From the NCBI GenBank assembly GCA_038871515.1, contig JAVZHX010000002.1:141815-205814 (forward strand): a stretch of 64,000 nt of DNA, written 5' to 3'. Origin of the DNA: Candidatus Micrarchaeia archaeon. GTDB lineage: Archaea > Micrarchaeota > Micrarchaeia > Burarchaeales > Fermentimicrarchaeaceae. Below, piece by piece: positions 38,401 through 47,600 of the stretch. The translations under genes and the position numbers were made by a program. Position 1 is the first letter of the stretch. Every line of letters begins with the position of its first letter. A model generated the notes under the pieces. The model did no database searches. It saw only the letters and a program-made list of their open reading frames with translations, and had not been told where the DNA came from.

Positions 38401-40587
38401 ATGCTTGAAAGTATCCTCCAAATCCTCCAAACCACCAGTCCCTTCGTAGTTTAGGTGATCTGAGATTCTCAAATCCGCCTCTGGGTTGTATACGAATTCC
38501 TTAACGCATACTGCAACAGGCGCTTTGTCAAACTGAATGGCACTCATGTTGAAGCATGCCTTGCCGGAATGGTAGCTTTCCAAGCATATGCTGTAGTTCC
38601 CTTTAATTTTACGCGTTGCAGGATCGTAACCTATCAACAAATTTCCGATATCATAGTTGTGCTTCATCACGTAGCTTACCGGCGGGGCAACTGAGGAGTC
38701 AACAATTGTATCAACTGGTGGAGTGAGAGTTGGTGTTGGTGGAATTGTGTAGTTAACACAACCAAGCGGTTTTATCATAACAACTGTGAACTCCTTGGAT
38801 TTCAGGACACTAGTTGATGGGTCAAATGCAGTTATATTGCATTTTACGTTTCCACTGCTGTTTGCGATAATATCTGAAAAAACTGCAACTCCGCGGTTTG
38901 CGATGGGAGTTATATTCAAACTTACATTGCTGGGAATTGTTTTTAGAGGTGGGCAGGTTAGATTAACCTCACCTGCGAAGTCAGTTACTGTGTTATTCGC
39001 AGAGTCCTTCATAGTTGCGATTACTGTGAATGGGATTTCTGTAAACACAGCTGGTGGGTCAACTTCTATGTAAATATCAGCTATCCCAGCGCTGCTCACA
39101 CTCAGAGAAGCAGAGCCCTTTAAAGTGTCTGATGTTGTAACTGATAATCTATAGATGCCGGTGATGTTGAAGAATTTAAGCGAATCAGCAGAAGAAACAG
39201 TATAGGTTCCAACTCCATTTGTCACTGGAACATTTTGTGCTATAGTTTCGGTCGCAAGTTGCACCTCCGGACGCGCTTCTCGTATAATATTGACATTTCC
39301 GTTATAACTTGTATCAACCTGACCGTTTGGAAAGACAGCTTGAATAGTTATGTCAAAGGATTGACCAACCTTTATGCTTGGAGGGGTGATTACAACTACA
39401 AAACTAGTTGCTTTTGGAACTGGAGGGGCAGGGTAGTTAACTGTCACCCGAGTAGAACTATCATCCAAAACGCCAGTCTGAGAGAAGGAGTAATCATCAA
39501 ATTTAGAAGCTGTTTGAATGGTTACCTCCTTCACGAAACTATCCAGCTTGGTATATATATTGCCCTCCGCATAGCCATAAGCTAGAAGATTGAATGTGTA
39601 CTTGCCTCCTTCAGTTCCGTTGAATACGTAGAAGCACATAGAAGCGCTTTCAAAGGTGCATCGCTTCGGATCGTATGAAGCAACCAAACCTGTTGAGTTG
39701 TATATATCCTGGTAGATTCCAACTGCTTTTGAAAACTTTCCGCCTCCGTCATCTTGTGATTTGAACGGCTCGCCGTCATATGAGGAGTCACAGATGTTTC
39801 CGTACTGATCCCTGATTTCTATTGTGATATCAAAATGCTCATTTGGATTTTTTGTCAGAACTGTTGGGGACGTAACAACAATTTGATATGGGTCAGCGTG
39901 GGATACATTGACGCTTGTTGTTATCGTGTTCTGCGTGCTAATTCCGTTTAAGCATTTTGGGGCAACTGCCTTAAGGTTTGAGTAGGTGCCAGGTGAGGTT
40001 GTTATTCCAGAGAAAGTTGTTGAAGCAATCCCACTCCCATCTGAGGTGGGTGTTTGAGTTGCTCCCCATGGAGAGGTTATGCTAACGCTCCTTCCAGATA
40101 CTGCGCTGCCTCCTGAATCTGTGAGCTTCACCGCAACATCCAAATTTCCTCCTGCCTTCTCCTTATAGTAACCATTTTTATAATCAGATGTTGATTCCCA
40201 CGCTATCTTGCAGTAGAGCGGGTTTATGACATAGTTGGTATCGGTAAGCTCCTTATCATCATAGAAACCATGCTCTGCTTTGCAATGCCACGTATGTGTT
40301 CCATCATCATCCACCCCGAAATAATGTGAGTATTGATAATCAGAGCCCGTCCAACCTGCTGGATGCGGAGTTCCATCAATTATAACACTCACAGTAGCCC
40401 CAGTTATATCATTTCCCGAGGAGTTCGTGTAATCGCATTTGAAAGTAACAGTCGTTCCTATATTTCGTGGTGAGCCAGGGCTTGCGGACTGAGTTAGACT
40501 AGACGCTGGGTCAAGCGAAAAAGAGAAGGGAAGGAGGAGTATTAGCGATAGGAAGCAGAGGAATTTTTTAAAGACAACTCTCCCCAT
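32485..40587 (-). CDS. 2700-aa giant secreted surface protein (Ig-like domains, NHL/beta-propeller-like region, Cys-rich inserts, C-terminal TM anchor)
   Basis: Signal peptide; AIAYDNRGNIFIA, PYGLDTDSWGNLYV, GIDVDNKFNVYIA NHL-like blades; many NxS/T sequons; TM + KKRKFNK tail. Confidence 0.85.
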   Translation of the reverse strand: MGRVVFKKFLCFLSLILLLPFSFSLDPASSLTQSASPGSPRNIGTTVTFKCDYTNSSGNDITGATVSVIIDGTPHPAGWTGSDYQYSHYFGVDDDGTHTWHCKAEHGFYDDKELTDTNYVINPLYCKIAWESTSDYKNGYYKEKAGGNLDVAVKLTDSGGSAVSGRSVSITSPWGATQTPTSDGSGIASTTFSGITTSPGTYSNLKAVAPKCLNGISTQNTITTSVNVSHADPYQIVVTSPTVLTKNPNEHFDITIEIRDQYGNICDSSYDGEPFKSQDDGGGKFSKAVGIYQDIYNSTGLVASYDPKRCTFESASMCFYVFNGTEGGKYTFNLLAYGYAEGNIYTKLDSFVKEVTIQTASKFDDYSFSQTGVLDDSSTRVTVNYPAPPVPKATSFVVVITPPSIKVGQSFDITIQAVFPNGQVDTSYNGNVNIIREARPEVQLATETIAQNVPVTNGVGTYTVSSADSLKFFNITGIYRLSVTTSDTLKGSASLSVSSAGIADIYIEVDPPAVFTEIPFTVIATMKDSANNTVTDFAGEVNLTCPPLKTIPSNVSLNITPIANRGVAVFSDIIANSSGNVKCNITAFDPSTSVLKSKEFTVVMIKPLGCVNYTIPPTPTLTPPVDTIVDSSVAPPVSYVMKHNYDIGNLLIGYDPATRKIKGNYSICLESYHSGKACFNMSAIQFDKAPVAVCVKEFVYNPEADLRISDHLNYEGTGGLEDLEDTFKHPEVLWGWGYYPFSGTSSVCVGSDRYDVQFAPGNVYTDYFNITVTLPLTALEPYNITNDSILNPHELRSPEALLVVDHKDGGRLGKFTLRVPSSWLEDYNGLINGKPIPGATPLIDSNAQAIAYDNRGNIFIALTNSPKVQVVKIVRSYPPTIHFVTEIDTITEDGQYFFPYGLDTDSWGNLYVLGNTYPDTVFNHICINKYDKEFKLNASNNCTEAWEGTARDIAVTEDGASLFVVRDKKRHCEWWGCFWVGYPFIHQYNASNPAQEVSKISIFGGDGGIELQELNPLGVILDPPCTNEAGTKTYVDNVNETQSFWGEEGGYHYLRGIKYRKGYLFVIDYMAFPVRTGYFGCSGFPMECLGCCMPGCLDIFGFKIGCYRNPGTGCTQDGGCLWCPDPNNCNACLWYDTQEYEMTRILAFDTIETPGKQYRAKVVIEPKEYVTLWKAWYDPWGLLSAGLQYVQGKSSETHGIDVDNKFNVYIALKGERNMVVKYKFQPGIQDQSYNFPGGSYSFVYSGSMVESPAVDHPDDVIGYPDLIKESMMAGVSCEGCSQEGAVEPSVCEGEVEKTKTTEYSNIEGLLTSGSIAPGSPVVKLSAPLSPIYRRNFLATNITAFLRFDYTFTIRKYSNGCPSGGSLSGTSVINKQLNITSYSNHLERLVEGGGSHFSLTRPAYLTPPKKTPSTLPYLAYNYLTNRFFYKHFVMMDRVSNYMAPPDDHQWILNASYRKTFNIMQNQYYGYQYISTTPTVDQYGHQNPLYIFEYPTTNMFGNDPNKNPYVLTVVEGGVVKNKTIPFNNTMNWSYPFAYVFSPVHKEPNPLPFAPQDPPPDGASDYYYQAITNVSSLLVSILCETSARVNVTYSITVTNSSYTPFGYCYIIHAISITGAPEEASLFIMPANLSTDNGICFEDIFGRNSSMCHNTRAWFKKSIPPNTVVSQTGYDEYIDSPTRYPLLGEPYAPFPSSLLIKPVKISGPTLLAIHGFNASRRIDIPPENDNESKISGAADFMGKDLPNPLPFRGITSTSLYLRSDGNGTFRIFSWPPMDWSIISYQTSDGWVSAAPHAASETDVLLVEVWGGCENGCLIQFSKDPFGSSIIGELFLWKGQYAYYDVNTYTAVPSFTYMPPRGMVQVVPDDPRNRNFMFISSVSGKGYLGDQFEVYTDPDVILRVDNFTVGSCIPCTADINCSEGKCIGGFCQSDYLKCGVGMHPSGPPCAPSFVCPRIDVSLFNESIEVASTRDHDSNNKTRITIVGTDTSGNYNLINGSVELSSYSSMDYLGLGGPYSAVYIIEVKDGIKGETLIFRTATTKNELARISLPSSNYTAYSSIATILPNPRRLRINSNMISVDRTIGYTIKGTRNNNVIVEESSVGTPALTCALPSPAVVQPDSVLLGCGFQFDPITSPQTAGVPFQVRIRTVPLGTTYPVINAESSGCLNPSRSDAPPTNMLGTPDGKTACFWESSSYGGFVPGIFGTFGRSLSVKEFRFNITCSKDYTEIELYVSNATDCWEKILPPYKDNSSYVFYARTAPGSGPLHEISLSNGTVDAVCFWFKDITDETKPPWNEQYHYGCSVDALGIYPPGNICQFNGNATLSDTGGAYTRNNICPRQIGPFYNGVWSGYVMLGEGITNEMLKAENDVTVGFSNSFNVTTSTGVSLVSFETNETFTHVLSIEIEGNEGEHFNVTTAPLYLDGLSTAVTPEQIGVINVVPNDFVLGFYQNKSGTFIYSQQDSVVLNIPDNDSLGLHNFHYRFFDRFNNTFIVPYTIWLRQPTAIIMQVQTVRDPQNINRTIVYVTAQLLYQRWDKPEEKPNTPLPGQVMELYVQNSSRTLYGDGSQLDPVNCNPAVSGVCPIAPEESNCSCPDWIDEPGGTGDCLPNPVCHQYGILSHLETGNPYFITNATGHVNTTFKIYGFGRRLLFGVFWGTDIYAPSIEIKPFYAGGVSVAIGSFPVLEPLILIVALLLLMKKRKFNK

Positions 40588-40643
40588 TCCACCACGTCTT
40601 ACATTTTTATTATATTATAATATGGATTAATTAATAACTTTTG

Positions 40644-43064
40644 TTATCTCCCGAGCATCACCCCAAAGTTTCCAGGGTGCACGGGCGTTATTCTCCCATT
40701 GCTTATCTCGGATTTTACTATAACCGCAAGGGAACTGTATGACAGCTCAAGCTTTTTAAGAACTTCCTCCATCTCTCTTCTATTTTCAAATACAATGAAA
40801 TTCTTGCCTAAGTCAATAAGCGCAAGTGCTCTCTTAAATGCGCTTTCATCCGTGTATATATGAATGTATATCCCTTCTCCTTTCACAGTTGCGAGCATAT
40901 CGCAGTCCTTCCTGCTGTTCAGATCAGTGAATGGAATTGCATTGTTCACAAAGAAGCTCCTTAGTAACCTGAAAAGCGCAAGGTATTTCATGCTTCTCCC
41001 GCTCTTTTCCTCCCATAGTTTTAAACCATATAGGTTAACTGCTTTCACAACATCCCCGCTTTCAATCAGCTCATTCAGAATTTTTTCTAAGTTGTAGTCA
41101 GTTATCATTATTGGAACTCCTTTATGAGTTATCTTTCTCCTCATCTCATTCTTCAGCTCCTGTGCGCTCAGAGGCATAAAACTCCATTTGTATTCTCTGT
41201 TGACAGAATCAAACAAGCTGAGCAGGGAGAATTTGGAAAGCGGAATCACAACTTTCTCCATAGGTGGAAAATCGGGCACATCAATTGTGTATACTGGTTT
41301 TTCAGGTCTTCTGAGCGCAACTGCCGCCCCTCCCACCACAAGAGTTAAAACTACAATTGCCACGTTAATTGGGTTGTCAAACCAGCCGGGTGGTTTTGCT
41401 CTTTTCACATTCACCGAAATTAACTCACCACCAACATTGAACTTGAATGTGTATTCCCCAAATCCCAAGTATATATCTGGGCGCGAGTAGTTGAAGTTCC
41501 CTTCTGAGTCTGTTGTTGATGGAAGTGGCTCTCTGAATAAATCCTTTCCAGGTGTGTTGTTCACAGTTATCAAAATTAATCTGTTTTTTAACGGCTCGGC
41601 TATCTCTTCCCCAAAACGATTATCTGGGGGCAGAACTGCTCTGAAAGTTATGAACTGTGGCTCATCCCAAAACTGCAAGGTGGGGGTGATGAGAATTTGG
41701 GGCACAATGAGCAGGGATTGGGCGTATACGTAACCATCATCGTCCTCTGCCCTCAGTATATAAACTCCTCTCTCAAAATCAACCACAAAATTGCTTGAGA
41801 AGGAATACTCGCCCTGTATGAGCCTTATTCCTCTCTGTGCAAGTTGCTTGCCAACAAGCTGCATATCCTCATCATACACCGCAACGCTTATGTTTATGTC
41901 TTTTGGTTGCGAGAAGTTTGCGAGGAGTTTGAAGTCTATCGTGAAGTCCGCCTCTCCCCTTGCAACCTTTGATTTGTGGAGCATGTTGCCAGAGACAGTT
42001 TTTGTTATTCTTCGCTCAACGACGGAGTGGAAAGGAAGGTTGTTTGTTGTGTTTGTTGTCAGGTATATTCTAGCCCATCCTTCGGGGTAGCTGGAGGGAA
42101 GGAAGAAAATCATTGTTTTATTCGAGTTTGATTCATTGATTTTTGATGATGGAACCAGGAGAGTGGCGGTTGTGAGTGGAGATTGCCATTCAACCTCGTA
42201 TATTGCTCTCGCCACATCCTCGCCTGCCTGAGTTCCATTGTAGCTCCAACCAATGTCAATGCTGCGTGGGAATGCCAGCAGATAACCATTCTCATTTTTC
42301 ACAACGGACAAAGAACCGCTAACAATGGTTTCTGAGATGCTGAAAGCTGGTTTTTTCAGCCTGTATGGTGGTTTTGTTAACAAATCCGTTCTTGGCTTGT
42401 AGTTTATACCGTACTGGCGAAGCTGCGATGGCGAAACTGGCTGAACCGAACCATCTTTATTAAGCGATGAGGAGAGCTCACTTCCAATGAATATAACAAC
42501 AAACCCCTTTTTCATAAGTGCGCCCAAATCAGTTCCACTTTCAACTCCGACAAGCTGACTTGGTATTTTGCCTGTTGGAACAATGAGTATCGAGGGGCGG
42601 GTGAGAGCGTCAAGCTGGTATAGTTTAATCTGATTCAGAGTTGATTCAGGTTCTATTAAACCATACTGTTTCAAATTTTTCTCCAGTGAGTCTTTGAAAT
42701 CGCTCAATCCATCGCACTCAACACAACCGCGGAAATCACCTGAGGAATAGTCAAGCAGGTATATGTCTTTTGGCACCTGATCCGCAAGAAGCTCTGCTCT
42801 TATTTCTACATTTCGTATATCTTTTCCATTAAGCTGGGAGAGGATGTAAACAATGCTTTTCTGCTCTATTCTGGAACCACCGGGAGTTGCTTTTACAGCT
42901 CCGTAATCCAAAACGCCGGAATCAAAGATTATGAGTTCCATTTGGGGGGTGACATTGAGGGGAGGGGGGCGGTAAGGCGGAAGCATTAACAGAACGAAAT
43001 AGAGAGCAACCACCCCTATAATTAGAAGTATGAGCAACAGCAGTAGAATCTTTTTCTTGTTCAT
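40644..43064 (-). CDS. 806-aa membrane protein: N-terminal anchor, large extracellular region, second TM, ~210-aa cytoplasmic domain
   Basis: KKK + hydrophobic N-terminus; TM NPINVAIVVLTLVVGGAAVAL followed by RR. Confidence 0.8.
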   Translation of the reverse strand: MNKKKILLLLLILLIIGVVALYFVLLMLPPYRPPPLNVTPQMELIIFDSGVLDYGAVKATPGGSRIEQKSIVYILSQLNGKDIRNVEIRAELLADQVPKDIYLLDYSSGDFRGCVECDGLSDFKDSLEKNLKQYGLIEPESTLNQIKLYQLDALTRPSILIVPTGKIPSQLVGVESGTDLGALMKKGFVVIFIGSELSSSLNKDGSVQPVSPSQLRQYGINYKPRTDLLTKPPYRLKKPAFSISETIVSGSLSVVKNENGYLLAFPRSIDIGWSYNGTQAGEDVARAIYEVEWQSPLTTATLLVPSSKINESNSNKTMIFFLPSSYPEGWARIYLTTNTTNNLPFHSVVERRITKTVSGNMLHKSKVARGEADFTIDFKLLANFSQPKDINISVAVYDEDMQLVGKQLAQRGIRLIQGEYSFSSNFVVDFERGVYILRAEDDDGYVYAQSLLIVPQILITPTLQFWDEPQFITFRAVLPPDNRFGEEIAEPLKNRLILITVNNTPGKDLFREPLPSTTDSEGNFNYSRPDIYLGFGEYTFKFNVGGELISVNVKRAKPPGWFDNPINVAIVVLTLVVGGAAVALRRPEKPVYTIDVPDFPPMEKVVIPLSKFSLLSLFDSVNREYKWSFMPLSAQELKNEMRRKITHKGVPIMITDYNLEKILNELIESGDVVKAVNLYGLKLWEEKSGRSMKYLALFRLLRSFFVNNAIPFTDLNSRKDCDMLATVKGEGIYIHIYTDESAFKRALALIDLGKNFIVFENRREMEEVLKKLELSYSSLAVIVKSEISNGRITPVHPGNFGVMLGR

Positions 43065-43255
43065 TTAGCACCCTCTACTTTTAATCCAAATTTCTGCAGC
43101 AAGGATATCACTTTCTTCCTGAACTCACTTTCCTCTTCCTTGTATTTTTTCACAATTCTGAAACGCTTTATGTTCTGAAACCTCTTTCTGGTGCGCAGCA
43201 GATACGTCTCCTTTTTAACTTGAGACTCCAGTATGCTTGGGGTTTCCTCCATCAC
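43061..43255 (-). CDS. Small basic hypothetical protein
   Basis: Fills the gap between neighbours with tight/overlapping junctions. Confidence 0.6.
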   Translation of the reverse strand: MMEETPSILESQVKKETYLLRTRKRFQNIKRFRIVKKYKEEESEFRKKVISLLQKFGLKVEGAK

Positions 43256-43256
43256 T

Positions 43257-44030
43257 TCACCCTATAGCCTCAAGATACCCCTGCATAACCATTGAGTTGA
43301 GCAGGTGCTCCACTCTTGATTCTAATACGTTATATGTTTTGGCAAACTCGCTTATGTTTATCTCGTTATGATGGAGCTCAAGCCACTCCTGTATTTTCAC
43401 CTTCAGCACATCATCAGAGGGAGATTCAACCTGCTTCAACCTGAGAGTGAGCTCATCGTTCTTTGCTTTTAATTCAATTGCCTCGTTTGTCATCTTTGTG
43501 ATTGCTGCGTTGAGAGCTTCCACCTTCTTCTGCAAGGAGAGGAATTCGTTATTGAGTATGTCGTATTTTGAGAATATTTCATCATACGTTGATGCAGCAA
43601 ATTCAGTTATCTCTGTTAGCGCATTGCGCAGTATTTGGTAGAACTGCTTGTGATTCGTTTCATATTCATCTTCTATAAGAGTCATAACATTTAGGAAGTG
43701 CTTCAGCACATCTATCTTCCTTTTTCTTATGCTTATGCCAGGAACAACTGAGTAAACAACCTCAATCTCATTCGGGCGCAGGTAGATTAGTGAAAAGAGG
43801 TAGGGGTTCTTTTTTATATCCCTGCTCTCAACATTCAGCGCAGCAACGTAGTCTGATTCAACAGTTAGCATAAGGGAGCTTATTGATGAGAGGGATTCGG
43901 CAAGCTTTCTTAAATCGCCTTTTCTACTTGCAGGTAATTTGAAGCCGTAGATTTGAGGCGCGGGAGTTTCATCCTTAACCTCCTTCTTCTGCTCCTTTTT
44001 TTCAACTGGTTTTTCAGGTTTCTTTTCCAT
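43257..44030 (-). CDS. Coiled-coil protein with C-terminal wHTH-like domain
   Basis: Central heptad stretch; INISEFAKTYNVLESRVEHLLNSMVMQGYL resembles a winged helix. Confidence 0.7.
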   Translation of the reverse strand: MEKKPEKPVEKKEQKKEVKDETPAPQIYGFKLPASRKGDLRKLAESLSSISSLMLTVESDYVAALNVESRDIKKNPYLFSLIYLRPNEIEVVYSVVPGISIRKRKIDVLKHFLNVMTLIEDEYETNHKQFYQILRNALTEITEFAASTYDEIFSKYDILNNEFLSLQKKVEALNAAITKMTNEAIELKAKNDELTLRLKQVESPSDDVLKVKIQEWLELHHNEINISEFAKTYNVLESRVEHLLNSMVMQGYLEAIG

Positions 44031-44367
44031 GTTTCTCAACCTTTGGGTAATATGATACAAGAGCGAGTAGCATGAATACCACTCCCATCACAATAGCGAG
44101 GAGTAATGATTGAATTGAGAAGGAAATGAGGAGGAGTAGCACTGCCATAAGAACTGCAAGCACTCCCCACGTCATAGCAGTTCTCTCAAACCTCCTTCTC
44201 TTCTCCTCAGCTTTTGGCAGACACTCCTTACAGACAACTAGAGTGTTTCCTGTGGAAGCGTGAAGTTTTTCCTTAATTTTTCTTATCGTATCTATAACTG
44301 GGTCATCCTCAACCCTCAATCCTTTCTTCTCCTTCTGGCATACAATGCAGACTGTTTTTCTTTTCAT
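44014..44367 (-). CDS. Zinc-finger membrane protein (CxxC..CxxC + 2 TM)
   Basis: CIVC, CKEC, two C-terminal hydrophobic helices. Confidence 0.75.
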   Translation of the reverse strand: MKRKTVCIVCQKEKKGLRVEDDPVIDTIRKIKEKLHASTGNTLVVCKECLPKAEEKRRRFERTAMTWGVLAVLMAVLLLLISFSIQSLLLAIVMGVVFMLLALVSYYPKVEKHGKET

Positions 44368-44369
44368 AT

Positions 44370-44669
44370 CTATCCCTTCAGAACAACCTCCTGAATCTTC
44401 TTATCATCCAACCCCACTTTCTTCGCATCTGCTTTTGAGAAAATTGTTATGAGGGTTGTCTTCTCCACCCCAATATCCTCAAGAAAGTTTGAAATCTGAG
44501 TTCTGCTTGCCCCAAACCTCTCAAGCGTGATAACAAATGTGACAACATCCATTCGCTTATTTCTCTTGTCAAACATGCTCATAACTTCCTCAAGGTGGGC
44601 ATCGCTTAAACCAAATAGCTTCAGCCGCTTTCTCAGCTCGCTTTTATCAAACGTGTATGCCTTCGCCAT
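44370..44669 (-). CDS. 99-aa stand-alone paralog of the C-terminal domain of the upstream ATPase
   Basis: YTFDKSELRKRLKLFGL..NKRMDVVTFV..RTQISNFLEDIG aligns with YSFEKNELKNKLTEFGM..NKHMDILEFV..RSNITSFLKVIG. Confidence 0.8.
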   Translation of the reverse strand: MAKAYTFDKSELRKRLKLFGLSDAHLEEVMSMFDKRNKRMDVVTFVITLERFGASRTQISNFLEDIGVEKTTLITIFSKADAKKVGLDDKKIQEVVLKG

Positions 44670-47600
44670 CTACCCACCGGAATCTATTCTGTTGAATATA
44701 TCAATTATCATCGCATCCTCCATACCAATCACTTTAAGAAAAGAGGTTATATTTGATCTGGCCAAATCGTTTTTATCAAGAAACTTCACAAACTCAAGTA
44801 TATCCATATGTTTATTTCCTTTGCTGAAAATGTTTATCAATTCAGAAGCTTTTATGTCATCCATTCCAAACTCAGTTAACTTATTCTTCAGCTCATTCTT
44901 CTCAAATGAGTAATTCTTTGGAATTGTTTCATCCGCAAGCTGCGCCTGAGTTAGGATTGATTCAACGTCAAGGAAGTATTCCTCAAGAGGCTCCTCTCCA
45001 TGAACTCTCTCAAGCAGAAAAGTTTCAGGGAACTTTGTGCTTGTCTGGAATGCCATGTTAACCGCGCACTGCCCAACTCCAAACTTGCTTATCTCCTCCC
45101 TCATGTAATCACTGAAGTTCAACGAACCCTGTATGTAATCTAAGAATTTCTGGAATTTCACTCTGAGGATGAAGTTTGTTCCAACGTTTGAGAAGATTGC
45201 TTCGTGTATGTCTGTTGGGTTCTGCGAGGCGACTATGAGACCGAAGTTGTATTTTCTACCCTCTCTCACAATCATGATTGCATCAGACCTTTCATCCTTC
45301 GCAATCTTCCACGCCTCATCAAGAACAACAAGCACTCTCAAACCCTTTGTTGCAGCCCATCCGGCAGCCCTCATTTTTTCTTTTAGGAATTGGAGGATGA
45401 ACAAGCCGGCAAGCCCTCTCATTACCTCGTCAGGCAAACCGCTCATATCAACGTCAACCAGCCCAACTTCAGTAAGCTCCTCAAGCTTCACAGTGCTCTG
45501 CTGCGCGAAGTAATCCTCACCTGGCCTGCAGAAGTTTCTTAATCTGTAGATTGCATTCTCAAGCTCCGCAGGAAACTCATATGTTCCTGATTTAAGCTTA
45601 TCTTCAAGTATTTTCACAACATCTTTTAAAGTTGGTGGGGTGAGTGGTTTACCATCTGCTCCTTTCTGCTCAACTTCATTCAATTTGAAACCAGCTTCCT
45701 TATACGTTTCCTCAAGCGCTTCCTCGGTAAGCCTCTTCTGCTCCGGGTATTGCCCAATATCTGTAAGTATCTCCAACGTTCGTATAATTTGCTTAACCCT
45801 GTCAAGTGGTTTCATTCCTCCCAAATCCATTAAATTGATGAAATCCCCTTTTCCCAGTGCAATTATCCTTCCTCCTGCCTGCTTAACCCATGCCCTGTAT
45901 TCGCCTGCCCAGTCAATTATTATCGCGTTGCTCCCCCAAACGAAAGCAGCGCGTGAGAGGAAAGTTTTGACGAAGTAGGAGTTATGCACAAATACTCCGC
46001 CAAAGCCTGCAAGGAAAACTTCCTCATCAACCTCCAAATCATAAACGTAAGGTGAGTTGCTGTTTATTTTCTCTATGTTGCTTATTCTATCCCAAACTAT
46101 ATCCGAGTTGGAAAGTAGTTTCAGAAATTCAACATCATCCCAAATTGTTGGCTCAGATTCATCTAATGAAAGTTGATGGGATAACTGCGGTGCGTAACCT
46201 GCAAAATTGCTTTCAACCTCATTGAGCATACCCGCGAGGTATTCTCTTGAAGGAGTTCTGAGCCCAGCAGCTATTGAATAAGTCATCTGAGTTCGTCTTA
46301 ACACTCCGTTTTTGACAAGTCTATTCACTACTGAGCCTATCTCTGGGATGAGGTCAACATTGCTGTGTGCTTTTGTTTTTGCAAGCAGTTTCGCAAGCTT
46401 TTCGTTTTTTGTTTTAAATGCAAAACCTATCTCCGCAAATTTCTCCAAGTTTTTCTTTCCAGAAATGGTAATTCTGTAGTAATAAGAGCCTGAATGGGAT
46501 GAGTTGGTGGCACGTTTCCAATGAGAGTGAACACGGGCATTCACTCCAAATTTTAGGAGTAGGTAGAGTAGATCATTGGCGAGTTCCCTGGATTTTGTGG
46601 TTGCGCAGACAGCGTGATGCTCCACGCTTCCATCTCCTTCGAAATAACCTCTTAGATACTCGGATATAATTTTTCTTGAGCAGGAGAATATGAAGGAGGG
46701 AACTGCTCTCTCCCCAGATTTTTTGTGCAGCAGAAGAGATTTGATGAGCTGTATGAATGGCTCTGAAGCAATTCTTACTCCTTTTCTAACTCTAAAGGAA
46801 CTGCTTCCAACAGAACTAGCACACCTCTCTACTTCTGCAAGAAATTCCTTGTTGCAGTTGCTCACATGGATGAAGTCCTTTGCTGTGTTTCCCTCAGCAG
46901 TTATGAAGCCAAGCAACCTTGCCAGTTCTGGCGTTATTGGGAGTATTGCTGGCAAGTTTATTCTTCCGTTGCGTGCCCGTATTCTAAGTTTTTTCATCTC
47001 CTCCTTCTCCAGCGGGGAGGTTCTGAGCAGCTTTCTGAAGTAGCGAAGCGGAACTGCTCTCCCATGCTTGTAGAAGCGTATGTATTTATCATACTGCTCG
47101 TCTATTGGTAGGTTGGATTCTATTTTCTCCCAACTAAATCTCACAAAGTTCAACCCCGTTACATACAGCTTGCTTTCACCAAGCAAATCCAGGAGGTTTA
47201 GCTCATCAAGGTTTGAATTGGAGTTTATTGAACGAGGTGTTGGGACGAAATCGCCTGGCTGAACTTCACTGCTTTTCACGACTCTGATGTATCCATCCCT
47301 GAAAACAACTATATTGTGATCGCCAGTTGTCTTAACCTCCCTCCCACTGCTTGTTGTGAATTTATACATCTGCTCGGGAGCTTCCTTCCTGGCAGCAGTG
47401 ACAACCCTGCTCCATTTTGCTTTTAGTGTGCTGTCAAAAGTATAAACTTCAACATTTGGGTTTCTCACGCAGGTGCAACCATCAATTTCCTCCGCCCCCT
47501 CTTGCTCAATCAATGAGTCCACAAGCTCCCCTATTCTGACAAGCTTTTCATTTCCATCAACTCTCACCAGAACTTTTTCATCTGGTGATATCGACTTGCC

